A stretch of DNA of 64,000 nucleotides, taken from positions 42,452 through 106,451 of the forward strand of contig JAIBCB010000005.1 in the NCBI GenBank assembly GCA_019694355.1, in the 5' to 3' direction. Positions 8,914 to 18,066 of the stretch are shown one piece after another; the stretch's first letter is position 1; every line of letters begins with the position of its first letter. The DNA comes from Pyrinomonadaceae bacterium (lineage in GTDB: Bacteria; Acidobacteriota; Blastocatellia; Pyrinomonadales; Pyrinomonadaceae). The notes beneath the pieces were generated by a model, which worked only from the letters and a program-made list of their open reading frames with translations, did no database searches and was not told the DNA's origin. The translations under genes and the position numbers were made by a program.

Positions 8914-9333
8914 ATGAGTTATTTGCTCGACACAAATGTCGTTTCAGAATCTGAACAGGTACGACCGAACCCTGCGGTTCTGAAGTGGCTTGCCGCCCGG
9001 GATGACACGAATATTTATCTAAGTGCTCTGACCGTAGGTGAGATACGTCGAGGGATTGAAATGCTTGAGTCGGGAAAGAAGAAAGCGCATCTTCGTAACT
9101 GGCTTGAATATATTCGGACAACATTTTCGCAACGTATTCTGCCGGTAACCGAATCAACTTTTGAAGTTTGGGGTGTAATGTTCGCGGCATTTGAAAGAAG
9201 GGGAATGAGGCGACCCATTTTCGATTCGCTCCTGGAGGCGACGGCTCTGGAACACGATCTGATCCTTGTTACGCGCAACGTGCGAAATTTTCAAGGTTCG
9301 TCTGTGACGATCCTAAATCCGTGGGAGGATTAA
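8914..9333 (+). CDS. vapC: Type II toxin, PIN-domain ribonuclease VapC (FitB-like)
   Basis: MSYLLDTNVVSE (first PIN acidic residue), ...LSALTVGEIRRGI..., ...LILVTRNVRNF. 139 aa. Confidence 0.9.
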   Translation: MSYLLDTNVVSESEQVRPNPAVLKWLAARDDTNIYLSALTVGEIRRGIEMLESGKKKAHLRNWLEYIRTTFSQRILPVTESTFEVWGVMFAAFERRGMRRPIFDSLLEATALEHDLILVTRNVRNFQGSSVTILNPWED

Positions 9334-9425
9334 CTGCCGAATACTGAGAGTCGGGTGTTCGCTCGCAAAAGCCCGGGCTTTCGGCAAAAAGGGCGACCGC
9401 GCGATTGGGCGGTATTGGATATGGA

Positions 9426-9677
9426 ATGACAACAGAAGTTGAAGTTACGGATACGTGTCCATTTTGTACTGGCCCGTTGGACGGCGGATGCATTCTTGGA
9501 AATATATCGGCGCTCAACGACCTTGAGCATGGACTGCAATGGTTCGATGGTGAGCCGACGTGGAAGAACAATTTGATGAAGCTGGGTGAGCCCGTCGGTA
9601 AGTTCAAGACATTGGTTGGCAGCTATGCGTTAGGAAGGCGCTGCCGGAAATGCCGAAAGATCATTCTTGACTATTAA
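9426..9677 (+). CDS. Small zinc-ribbon-like protein (two Cys pairs), function unknown
   Basis: CPFC near the N-terminus and CRKC near the C-terminus. It resembles small DUF-type zinc-ribbon proteins. The ATG at 9426 is in frame. Confidence 0.45.
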   Translation: MTTEVEVTDTCPFCTGPLDGGCILGNISALNDLEHGLQWFDGEPTWKNNLMKLGEPVGKFKTLVGSYALGRRCRKCRKIILDY

Positions 9678-9691
9678 GGCTTCTTAATTTT

Positions 9692-11293
9692 ATGGCGTTA
9701 CAACTACGCAGAAAAACGCACGAGTCGATCGTGTACATTGATAAGGATTCGGCGCCGCGGATAATGCCGAATGGCGAGGATTTTATCCTTGAGGACATTC
9801 CGGTGGGGACGCGGGTCATTTATCCGAACCCGCCGATCAAAGGTCTGCCCAATCGCGAGGCGGCGATCCGTTACGCGTTGAATCATCCGCTTGAGATGGA
9901 ACCGCTTTACGCGCTGCTCGAACCGGGAATGCGTGTCACTATCGCGATGGATGACATTTCGCTGCCGCTGCCGCCGATGGCATTGCCGGATATGCGGCAG
10001 ACGATGCTCGAGGTCGTCCTCGATCTGTGTGCGGCGAACGGCGTTGATGACATTCATTTGATCATCGCCAACTCACTGCATCGCAAGATGACGGAGTGGG
10101 AAATGAAGCGGATGGTCGGCTCAAAGATCTTCGACGCGTACTATCCCGACCGCTATTACAACCACGACGCAGAGGCCGACGACGACCTCGTAACGCTCGG
10201 GCACACGCGGCATAACGAACCGCTGCGAGTCAATAAGCGCGCGATCGAGAGCGACCTGCTTATCTATCTCAACATCAACCTTGTGCCGATGGATGGCGGC
10301 CACAAATCCGTCGCGGTCGGCTTGTGCGATTACGAAAGTTTGCGCGCTCATCACGAACCGCAGACGATCCGCGATTCGCACTCGTATATGGATCCTCCGG
10401 CCTCTGAACTCAATCACAAGGTCATTCGCCTTGGAAAGCTTGTTGACGAGAACTGCAAGGTCTTTCACGTCGAGACCGCGTTGAACAACAAGATGTTCTC
10501 GGACGGCTATGACATCCTGACGCGAAATGAGGACGAATTCTCATTCATGGATCGGATGAAATGGGAGGCGATGGCGCGTACATTCTCGAAGATGCCGCGT
10601 GGTGCACGAAGAAAGATGCTTCACGCGATCCCTGCGCAGTATGAACTGATCGGCTGCTATGCCGGCCGCACCGAACCGGTCCACGAGAAGATCCTTGAAC
10701 TTAATTACCGACAGTACGAAATTCCCGTAAAAGGGCAGTGCGACATAATGATAACGGGTATTCCGGACATCTCGCCCTACAACGTCTATTCGGCCTTGAA
10801 TCCGCTGCTCGTGCAGGTGATGGCCCTCGGTTATCACTTCAATATGTATCGGAACAAGCCGCTGCTTCGGAAGGGCGGCGTGATGATCATCACGCATCCT
10901 TGTTTTGACGAGTTCGATCCGAAATTCCATCCGTCGTATATCGAATTCTTTCACCGTTTGCTGCCGGAATCGCGTGATGCATTTTATCTGCGTGAGAAAT
11001 ACGAGCGTGAATTCGCCTCGAACCCGGCCTACGTCGAGATGTACCGCCGCGGAAATGCGTATCACGGAGCACATCCTTTCTTTATGTGGTATTGGGGTGA
11101 GAACGGCCGTCAGCACGTCGGGCACGTGATCGTTGCCGGCGCAGAAAATGCACACGTCCCTGAAATGCTCGGCTGGGAACGCGCAGACAACCTGACCGAA
11201 GCCATCGCAATGGCACGCTCATATATGGGACGCAACGCCGAGATCACGATGCTCCATCAACCCATCATCGGCCTGTGCAGCGTGACGGATTAG
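9692..11293 (+). CDS. LarA-like (lactate racemase / DUF2088) domain protein, long form
   Basis: The N-terminal half has DUF2088/LarA-like patterns, including [12 protein letters not shown] in the position of the GG-x-KS cofactor-tethering lysine region. At 533 aa it is longer than canonical LarA as I remember it. Confidence 0.65.
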   Translation: MALQLRRKTHESIVYIDKDSAPRIMPNGEDFILEDIPVGTRVIYPNPPIKGLPNREAAIRYALNHPLEMEPLYALLEPGMRVTIAMDDISLPLPPMALPDMRQTMLEVVLDLCAANGVDDIHLIIANSLHRKMTEWEMKRMVGSKIFDAYYPDRYYNHDAEADDDLVTLGHTRHNEPLRVNKRAIESDLLIYLNINLVPMDGGHKSVAVGLCDYESLRAHHEPQTIRDSHSYMDPPASELNHKVIRLGKLVDENCKVFHVETALNNKMFSDGYDILTRNEDEFSFMDRMKWEAMARTFSKMPRGARRKMLHAIPAQYELIGCYAGRTEPVHEKILELNYRQYEIPVKGQCDIMITGIPDISPYNVYSALNPLLVQVMALGYHFNMYRNKPLLRKGGVMIITHPCFDEFDPKFHPSYIEFFHRLLPESRDAFYLREKYEREFASNPAYVEMYRRGNAYHGAHPFFMWYWGENGRQHVGHVIVAGAENAHVPEMLGWERADNLTEAIAMARSYMGRNAEITMLHQPIIGLCSVTD

Positions 11294-11302
11294 ACATTCG
11301 CA

Positions 11303-12043
11303 ATGGACGATAGAAAGCAGCTTTGGGAAGAGATAGGGACGAGCGAGGCTTATTGGGCGGTTGCGACGCACGATAAGTTTCGTGCGGCGAACTTGAATTC
11401 CGAGCTCAAGGAAGATTTTCTTGAATCCGGCCGCGAGCATATTGACGAGGTTTGGCAGACGTTCCGAGGGCTTTTGGGCCGCGATCTGAGACCCGAACAT
11501 GCGATCGATTATGGCTGCGGTGTCGGTCGGCTGGTGATCCCGCTAGCAAAACACAGCGAACAGGCGATCGGCGTCGATATTTCGTCCGCGATGCTGAAGG
11601 AAGCAGAACAGAACGCGGAAGCGGCCGGTTGTTCGAATATCGAACTCCAGACCGTCGATGAGTTCATTCGTGATGAGGCTGCTGAGTACGACCTCGTACA
11701 CACATATATCGTCCTTCAGCATATTGATCCTGCGATCGGATATTCGGTCATCGAAAGGCTGTTGGAGCGGTTGAAGGTCGGCGGTTATGCGATGATCCAT
11801 ACGACGTTCAAGGACACGTCGCCGTTCTTTGGGCGTATGCGTGCTCGCGTCTATCGCGATGTCCCGGGTGTACATCGGGCATTGAATCGCCTTCGCGGCA
11901 GACACGTGCCATTCGTGCCGGTTTACACTTATGACGCCGAACGCATCAGGCAGATCTTCGCGAAGTACGGTTGCGAGACGCTTTTGGAGAAGGACACGGA
12001 TCACAGCCTTCTGGGCAAGATGTTCTATTTGCGGAAAGGATAA
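11303..12043 (+). CDS. Class I SAM-dependent methyltransferase
   Basis: Motif I IDYGCGVGRLVIPLA, motif II-like region DLVHTYIVLQHI. Confidence 0.8.
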   Translation: MDDRKQLWEEIGTSEAYWAVATHDKFRAANLNSELKEDFLESGREHIDEVWQTFRGLLGRDLRPEHAIDYGCGVGRLVIPLAKHSEQAIGVDISSAMLKEAEQNAEAAGCSNIELQTVDEFIRDEAAEYDLVHTYIVLQHIDPAIGYSVIERLLERLKVGGYAMIHTTFKDTSPFFGRMRARVYRDVPGVHRALNRLRGRHVPFVPVYTYDAERIRQIFAKYGCETLLEKDTDHSLLGKMFYLRKG

Positions 12044-12058
12044 GAGCAGTATCGATCA

Positions 12059-12124
12059 ATGAAGTTATCACCAACCGAAACATTCAAGGGTAAGAAGATA
12101 TTTTTTATCGGCGGCACGGAATAG
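12059..12124 (+). pseudogene. Orphaned original 5' end (20 codons + junction codon + stop) of the ElbD-like gene
   Basis: It encodes MKLSPTETFKGKKIFFIGGT-E-stop. The first 20 codons give the same peptide as codons 1-20 of the CDS starting at 13032. About 60 nt align with 6 differences. Confidence 0.8.
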
Positions 12125-13031
12125 ATGCTCATGCTTAAGATTATCCGGAAGAAGGATGGCTAAGAATAGGACAATATTCGTTAAAGGAACAGGCGTTTCG
12201 ATTTCTAATCGTGGCGAAAATGACTACATTTCATTGACTGACATTGCGAAATATCGAAATACCGTTGAGCCGTTCTCGGTGATCAACAACTGGATGCGAA
12301 CTAAGAGCACGATCGATTTCATCGGTTTGTGGGAAACTTTGAACAATCCGGGCTTCAAACCCATCGAATTCGAGAGGTTTAGAAATGAGGCAGGAAGTAA
12401 CTATTTTGTCCTTTCCCCGCAACGATGGATCGAATCAACGAACGCTGTCGGCATCACTTCAAAATCCGGCCGTTACGGAGGAACTTTTGCGCATAGGGAT
12501 ATCGCATTTGAATTCGCTTCCTGGATCTCTTCAGAATTCAAGCTGTACCTTATAACTGAATTCCAACGGCTAAAGACAGAAGAGAACTATAGGTTGCGCC
12601 TTGAATGGAATCTTCAACGAACACTTGCCAAGATCAATTATCGAATTCATACGGATGCGATCAAAGAGAATCTAATTCCGGCGAAACTTTCTAAGTCTCA
12701 GATCAATCTCGTTTATGCAACCGAAGCCGATCTGTTGAATATGGCGTTGTTCGGTAAAACGGCTAAACAATGGCGGGATGTGAACACCGATCTGGAGGGA
12801 AATATCAGGGATCACGCGTCTATCGAACAATTGGTCGTTTTATCGAATTTGGAAAGTCTGAACGCTGTATTGATTCAGCAGGGGATTCCTCAAAGTGCCC
12901 GCTTGCAACAACTCAACAAGATCGCCATAACTCAGATGACTTCGCTGATGAATAATTCGAACATAAAAGAATTAAAGTAGGCCGTTAGAAAGCAGGCACG
13001 TCTGGATCCGTGTGTCCAAGTTTGGAAAGTA
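12119..13031 (+). mobile_element. ~0.9-kb low-GC cassette carrying only a KilA-N gene, inserted in the 5' end of the ElbD-like gene
   Basis: It is bounded by the diverged ~60-nt direct duplication (12059-12118 / 13032-13092). The interior is visibly AT-richer than its flanks. I saw no recombinase. Confidence 0.55.
12156..12980 (+). CDS. KilA-N domain-containing protein
   Basis: ...DYISLTDIAKYRN...INNWMRTKSTIDFIGLWE...GRYGGTFAHRDIAFEFASWIS.EFKLYLI.EFQRLK...LEWNLQRTLAKINYRIHTDAIKENLIP... matches the ~270-aa KilA-N family proteins known from Bacteroidota and cyanobacteria. Confidence 0.85.
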   Translation: MAKNRTIFVKGTGVSISNRGENDYISLTDIAKYRNTVEPFSVINNWMRTKSTIDFIGLWETLNNPGFKPIEFERFRNEAGSNYFVLSPQRWIESTNAVGITSKSGRYGGTFAHRDIAFEFASWISSEFKLYLITEFQRLKTEENYRLRLEWNLQRTLAKINYRIHTDAIKENLIPAKLSKSQINLVYATEADLLNMALFGKTAKQWRDVNTDLEGNIRDHASIEQLVVLSNLESLNAVLIQQGIPQSARLQQLNKIAITQMTSLMNNSNIKELK

Positions 13032-16000
13032 ATGAAACTATCACCAACAGAAACATTTAAGGGTAAGAAGATATTTTTTATCGGCGGGACCGGCTTTGTG
13101 GGCAAGGTCACGCTTTCGATGCTGCTCAATAATTTTCCCGATATTGGGAAGGTATATGCGACCGTGCGTGCACGCGACGAAAATGAGTCGCGGACGAGAT
13201 TTTGGACCAGCATCGTCACGTCACACACGTTCGATCCCCTGAGGGAAAAGTATGGTGATGGGTTCGAGGATTTTATAAAAGAGAAGGTCGTGCCCGTGAA
13301 CGGCGATGTCGGAAACGAGTTCCTAGGGCTGGATGAAGCGGAAGCCAGAAGGATAATGCAGGACACCGACATCATCATAAATGGAGCGGGAAACGTGACC
13401 TTCAATCCGCCGCTCGAGTCCGCCTTGAGGACGAATGTCGTCGGCTCGAACAATATCATCAAGCTGGCTCGAATGATGAAAAAGCCGCGGCTTGTTCATG
13501 TTTCGACGTGCTTTGTCGCCGGAAAGCGTTCGGGTGCGATCTGGGAGAATGAGCCGGTCGTTGGCTATTTTCCTCGTAAGAATGAACTTGTCGGCACGAC
13601 CTTCGATGTAAATCGCGAGGTCGAAGATTGCGCGCGTCTTAGCGAACAGGCTCGTCAGGAAGCCGACGATGCCGTGCAGGCCGCGAAGTTTCGCGAGCTT
13701 GCCCGGAAGAGGTTCATTGACGAGGGACGCGACCCTGATGACGAATCAGAATTAAAGTCCGCGATATTTCGCGAACGCAAGATGTGGATCCGCGAACGGA
13801 CGACCGAACTCGGTGCCGAACGTGCGGAATATTGGGGCTGGACGAACATCTATACTTATTCCAAATCTCTTGCGGAACAGATCATTGCCCAGCAGGATGA
13901 TATTGTTAAATGCCTCGTCCGGCCGAGCATCGTCGAAAGCTCCGTCGCGTATCCTTTTCCGGGCTGGAACGAAGGTTTTACGACGACCGCCCCGCTTATC
14001 TTGATCGCACTTCGCGGCCAGCCCGTTATTCCGGTCAACGAAAAGCTGATCCTCGATATTATTCCGGTCGATATGGTCGCCGGCGTGATACTGGGTGCGG
14101 CCGTGCGTGCTCTGGTTGACGACAATCCGCCGCTTGTTTTTCAGGCGTCGTCGGGCGATTCGAATCCGAACAATATGAAGCGGATCGTGGGCCTCGTCGG
14201 GCTCTACAAGCGTCAGCATTTTGACGAAAAAGAGACGGGCAACAAGTTCATGAATCGTCTCGCAGGTGCGGTTGAGGCAACGCCGGTAAAACAGAGTGCG
14301 TACGAGTTAACGTCCGCACCGATGCTGAATAAGCTCGCAAAGCGGGCCGACGATATGATGGACCGCGTTACACCGCGTTGGGGCGGCGGCAGGATCGGGA
14401 ACATCGTTGCCGACGTGAAGAAGTCGACCGAGAATTTCAAAGAATCAACGCAGGCGACGATGGATGCCTTTGCGATGTTCAAGCCGTTCATGATCGATAA
14501 TGAATATCTCTATCGGTCGGATAACGTCCGCGAACTCGTCTCGTCGATCAAAGAGAAAGAGAAATCTCTCCTTCCATGGTATCCACAGGATCTTGATTGG
14601 TACGATTATTGGCTGAACATCCATTTTCCCGGAATGCGAAAATGGGTTCTTCCGACCCTTGAAGAAGAGCTCAAAGCGGTCGAAAAGCGGGCATTCACTT
14701 ATCGTGATCTTCTCGATCTTTTCGACACGTCGGTCAAGCGATTTTCGACGCGCGTTGCAATGCGGATCGAGCGCGATGGCCGTAAAGAACAGTACACGTT
14801 CGAGGACGTGAACGAATTGACGCTTCGTGCTGCGGGATTTCTTGCTGGGAAAGGAATTCAGTCCGGCGATCGCGTGATCTTGTTCTCCAACAACATGCCC
14901 GAATGGGGAATGACATATTTCGGCATCCTGAAAGCAGGAGCGACCGCGATCCCGATCGATCCCGCAAGTTCGATGGACGAAGTGATCAATTTTGCCAAAG
15001 CGGGAGAGGCCGCGGCGATCGTGATCTCGCCCAAGCTTCTTGCGGAGAACGAAGAGCTGAGATCAAGGCTTAAAGATGAGTTCGGGAAAACTGCTCCGAG
15101 CGTGTGGAGTTTCGACGAGGTCTTTGAGATCGAGAGCGAGATCGAGGAAGCAAAACGCAATGCCTTGCTTCCCGCCAAGGTGCCGTCGAATACGATAGCG
15201 TCCCTTATCTTTACTTCGGGAACGACCGGGACGCCTAAGGCTGTGATGCTCACGCACAAGAATTTCGTGAACATGGTGTCGATGCTTTCGAGCGTCCTCG
15301 AGATGGACCTGACGGACGGCGTTCTATCGGTGCTGCCGATGCACCATACGTTCGAGTTCTCGGCGGGCTTTCTTACGCCGTTCTCGAACGGAACTCAGAT
15401 CACCTATCTGAACGAACTGACCGCCGAAGATCTAACACGCACGATCGAAAATGGTCACGTGACCGGAATGGTCGGCGTTCCTGCCCTTTGGGAGATGCTC
15501 CATCGCAGGATAAAAACGCGTCTGCGTGATCGCGGTGACTGGGTCGCGGACCTTGCCGACAACATCATCGACTTCAACGCGTGGATCCGCGATAACACAC
15601 CCTTCAATCTTGGCCCAATCATCTTTTTCCCGATACATCAAGGGATGGGCGGCAAGATCCGCTATCTGATCTCCGGCGGCTCGGCGCTCAGCGAGAAGGT
15701 CCAAAAAGATCTGCATGGCCTTGGCTTCACTGTTCTTGAAGGCTACGGCCTGACCGAATCATCGCCGGTTCTTACTGTGACGAGGCCTGGCAATAAGCTC
15801 CTGAAGGGAAGCGTCGGCACGCCGCTTCCGGGTGTCGAAGTGCGGATCGAGGATCCGGACGCGACGGGAGTCGGCGAGATCGTTGCACGCGGCCAAAACG
15901 TCATGGCGGGCTATTACAAGAATGATGCGGCGACCGAGTCGGTTCTGCGAGATCGGTGGTTAAGAACCGGCGATCTCGGCCGCATCGACGAGGATGGCAA

Positions 16001-17462
16001 CCTCTTCATTGTCGGACGTTCGAAGGATGTGATCATCGATTCGAACGGCAAGAACATTTACCCTGACGAGATCGAAGATCTTTACTCGAAACTCCCGAGC
16101 ATAAAAGAAATGAGCGTCGTCGGTCTTCCGGATGCGGATGGCGGCGAAAAGATCGCTAGCCTGGTCGTTCCTGATTATGAGAACGACATTGCCTCGCCTC
16201 GCAGCGAAGTAAACAAGAAGATCGAGGAGCATTTTCGCGAGGTTGCGGCCGGGCTTCCGTTCTTTAAGCGAATAAAAGTGATGCATATCACACCTTTCGA
16301 ACTTCCGCGAACAGCGACGCGAAAGGTAAAGCGGCCGGAAGTGGTCGCCATGCTCGAAAAGCTCGAGGATCGGGCTCGTTCCAAGACGAAGTCGATCGTC
16401 GAATCAAAGGGTGATGACAATGTCGCATGGATCCGTAAGATAGTTGCGACCGTTTCAAACCGGCCGCTCAGCGATGTGTCCGTTGACAGCAAGCTCGCCG
16501 ATCTTGGGTTCGATTCTCTGATGTTCGTCGAGTTGCAGGCGGCGATCGAGGATGCCGGTGGACGAGTTCTGACGCCCGACACGCTGAACGAAGTGCAGAC
16601 GGTGCGAGAACTTCTTACCGTAGTCAACCGTCTCGATAGATCCAAACGTCTGCCGAGCGATGCGAAGGCAGAGGAGACAAAGCCCGACGAAGACGACATC
16701 TACATTCCGTCGCTCGTGCGGCGAGTCGGGAATGCGGTCGTTGATCTTGCTCAGGACGCGCTCTATTCCAAGGTTTTGGACACCACGATCGAAGGGCAGA
16801 ACAACGTGCCTCAGCACGTAAACTTTATCGTTACGCCAAATCATGAGTCGCACATTGATACGGGCCTTGTAAAACGAGCTCTGGGCGCCGACGTCGCGGA
16901 ACAGACGGTTGCCGTCGCGGCGGCAGATTATTGGTTCGATACAAAGTATAAGCGGGCGTATATGAACAACTTCACTACGCTTGTTCCGATCGAACGCAGC
17001 GGCGGCCTTCGCCAGTCTCTAAGGCATGTTACGCGGATCCTAAATGATGGATATAACGCTTTGATCTTCCCCGAAGGTACACGGTCTGTTACGGGCGACA
17101 TTGCCGAGTTCAAACCCGTCATCGGCTACTTGGCGTTGAATCAGAAGGTCGGGATCCTTCCGATCTATATCTGGGGCACCTTCGAAGCCTATCCGAAGGG
17201 GATGACGATTCCGAAGCGTGCAAGCATCGGTGCGAAGATCGGCGCAAAGATCGGTGCGTTCCTTTCTTACGAAGAGTTGCGTGATATGACGGTGGGCGTT
17301 CCGAATGCCGAAGCGTACAGACTGATCGCTGCTCGTGTTCAGCATGACGTGGAAAATATGCGCGATGGCCGGCGAGAAAAGTTCGACGTTTTCGCTGTCC
17401 GAAAACAGTGGAAAGCGGAACGCCGCAGATCGCGAAAGCAGGAGCCGGTTATTGATGAGTAA
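13032..17462 (+). CDS. Four-domain lipid enzyme: fatty acyl reductase (SDR) - acyl-CoA/AMP ligase - ACP - 1-acylglycerol-3-phosphate acyltransferase (ElbD-like)
   Basis: The N-terminus has GGTGFVGK plus YTYSK (a FAR/NAD_binding_4-type reductase). The middle has IFTSGTTGTPKAV, EGYGLTES and TGDLGRIDEDGNLFIVGRSKD (adenylate-forming ligase). LADLGFDSLMFVEL is the phosphopantetheine Ser site. The C-terminus has NHESHIDT (HX4D) and FPEGTRS (PlsC/AGPAT). Confidence 0.85.
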   Translation: MKLSPTETFKGKKIFFIGGTGFVGKVTLSMLLNNFPDIGKVYATVRARDENESRTRFWTSIVTSHTFDPLREKYGDGFEDFIKEKVVPVNGDVGNEFLGLDEAEARRIMQDTDIIINGAGNVTFNPPLESALRTNVVGSNNIIKLARMMKKPRLVHVSTCFVAGKRSGAIWENEPVVGYFPRKNELVGTTFDVNREVEDCARLSEQARQEADDAVQAAKFRELARKRFIDEGRDPDDESELKSAIFRERKMWIRERTTELGAERAEYWGWTNIYTYSKSLAEQIIAQQDDIVKCLVRPSIVESSVAYPFPGWNEGFTTTAPLILIALRGQPVIPVNEKLILDIIPVDMVAGVILGAAVRALVDDNPPLVFQASSGDSNPNNMKRIVGLVGLYKRQHFDEKETGNKFMNRLAGAVEATPVKQSAYELTSAPMLNKLAKRADDMMDRVTPRWGGGRIGNIVADVKKSTENFKESTQATMDAFAMFKPFMIDNEYLYRSDNVRELVSSIKEKEKSLLPWYPQDLDWYDYWLNIHFPGMRKWVLPTLEEELKAVEKRAFTYRDLLDLFDTSVKRFSTRVAMRIERDGRKEQYTFEDVNELTLRAAGFLAGKGIQSGDRVILFSNNMPEWGMTYFGILKAGATAIPIDPASSMDEVINFAKAGEAAAIVISPKLLAENEELRSRLKDEFGKTAPSVWSFDEVFEIESEIEEAKRNALLPAKVPSNTIASLIFTSGTTGTPKAVMLTHKNFVNMVSMLSSVLEMDLTDGVLSVLPMHHTFEFSAGFLTPFSNGTQITYLNELTAEDLTRTIENGHVTGMVGVPALWEMLHRRIKTRLRDRGDWVADLADNIIDFNAWIRDNTPFNLGPIIFFPIHQGMGGKIRYLISGGSALSEKVQKDLHGLGFTVLEGYGLTESSPVLTVTRPGNKLLKGSVGTPLPGVEVRIEDPDATGVGEIVARGQNVMAGYYKNDAATESVLRDRWLRTGDLGRIDEDGNLFIVGRSKDVIIDSNGKNIYPDEIEDLYSKLPSIKEMSVVGLPDADGGEKIASLVVPDYENDIASPRSEVNKKIEEHFREVAAGLPFFKRIKVMHITPFELPRTATRKVKRPEVVAMLEKLEDRARSKTKSIVESKGDDNVAWIRKIVATVSNRPLSDVSVDSKLADLGFDSLMFVELQAAIEDAGGRVLTPDTLNEVQTVRELLTVVNRLDRSKRLPSDAKAEETKPDEDDIYIPSLVRRVGNAVVDLAQDALYSKVLDTTIEGQNNVPQHVNFIVTPNHESHIDTGLVKRALGADVAEQTVAVAAADYWFDTKYKRAYMNNFTTLVPIERSGGLRQSLRHVTRILNDGYNALIFPEGTRSVTGDIAEFKPVIGYLALNQKVGILPIYIWGTFEAYPKGMTIPKRASIGAKIGAKIGAFLSYEELRDMTVGVPNAEAYRLIAARVQHDVENMRDGRREKFDVFAVRKQWKAERRRSRKQEPVIDE

Positions 17463-17489
17463 ATTGGTGTAGAATCATTTACGGCACTT

Positions 17490-17815
17490 TTGCCCAATGC
17501 AGACAAAGCGATGGTGCAGCTGGAGAAACTGCGAGATTACTCCTTGAATCCTGATCATCCGCGGGGCAAGCACAAGGCTCGAGTTTTCTCAGCATCTTTA
17601 GACATGCCGAAGGAAGGTGCTTGGCGATTACGGACCGGATCCTGCAAGTCGTGCTTGCAAATGATGTTGAGATAACCGATGAAAACGAGTACGGAACGAG
17701 ATATGTGATGGATTTTCGGGCTTTTGGGCCGAGAGCTTCAGCCGTGATTAGAACTGCCTGGATCATTGATGAGGGCGACACGATTCCCCGCCTGACGAGT
17801 TGTTTTGTAAATAAA
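17490..17815 (+). pseudogene. DUF6883-like gene, frameshifted
   Basis: The N-terminal part (ORF 17490..17675: ...EKLRDYSLNPDHPRGKHKARVFSASL...) and the C-terminal part (ORF 17621..17866: ...NEYGTRYVMDF...VIRTAWIIDEGDTIPRLTSCFV) lie in different frames. They join near 17615-17625. Confidence 0.6.
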
Positions 17816-18039
17816 ATGGAAATGAACAATGAAATCAAAATCCTGGATACGGTTGCTGTGACCTAGGACATTCCTGAACACGGTCTCCGTCGGGGCGAGG
17901 TCGGTACTGTTGTCGGCCGCTGGGAGAATAGCGCAGTTGAGGTCGAATTTACCGACGATTCCGGCGAAGCGAATGCCTTTTCGCCCTCCGCTCCGAACAG
18001 CTGATGCCTCTTTATTATAGACATTTAGATGCGGCTTAG
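17816..18039 (+). pseudogene. DUF4926-like gene with an in-frame TAG and a probable 3' frameshift
   Basis: MEMNNEIKILDTVAVT-TAG(17864)-DIPEHGLRRGEVGTVVGRWENSAVEVEFTDDSGEA... follows the DUF4926 pattern (LDTVxLxxDLPEHGLxxGxxGTVV) straight through the stop. The expected tail LRSEQLMPL is in another frame (17986-18039). Confidence 0.6.
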
Positions 18040-18066
18040 CGATCACGGTTGTGCAAGTGAGGTTGA

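Noticed and set aside
17221-17256. 12-bp tandem (ATCGGTGCGAAG x ~2.7) giving ...SIGAKIGAKIGAF... in the acyltransferase domain of the ElbD-like protein.
   Set aside because: It is in frame, short and lies in a probable surface loop. It is most simply a slippage duplication with no evident functional signal.
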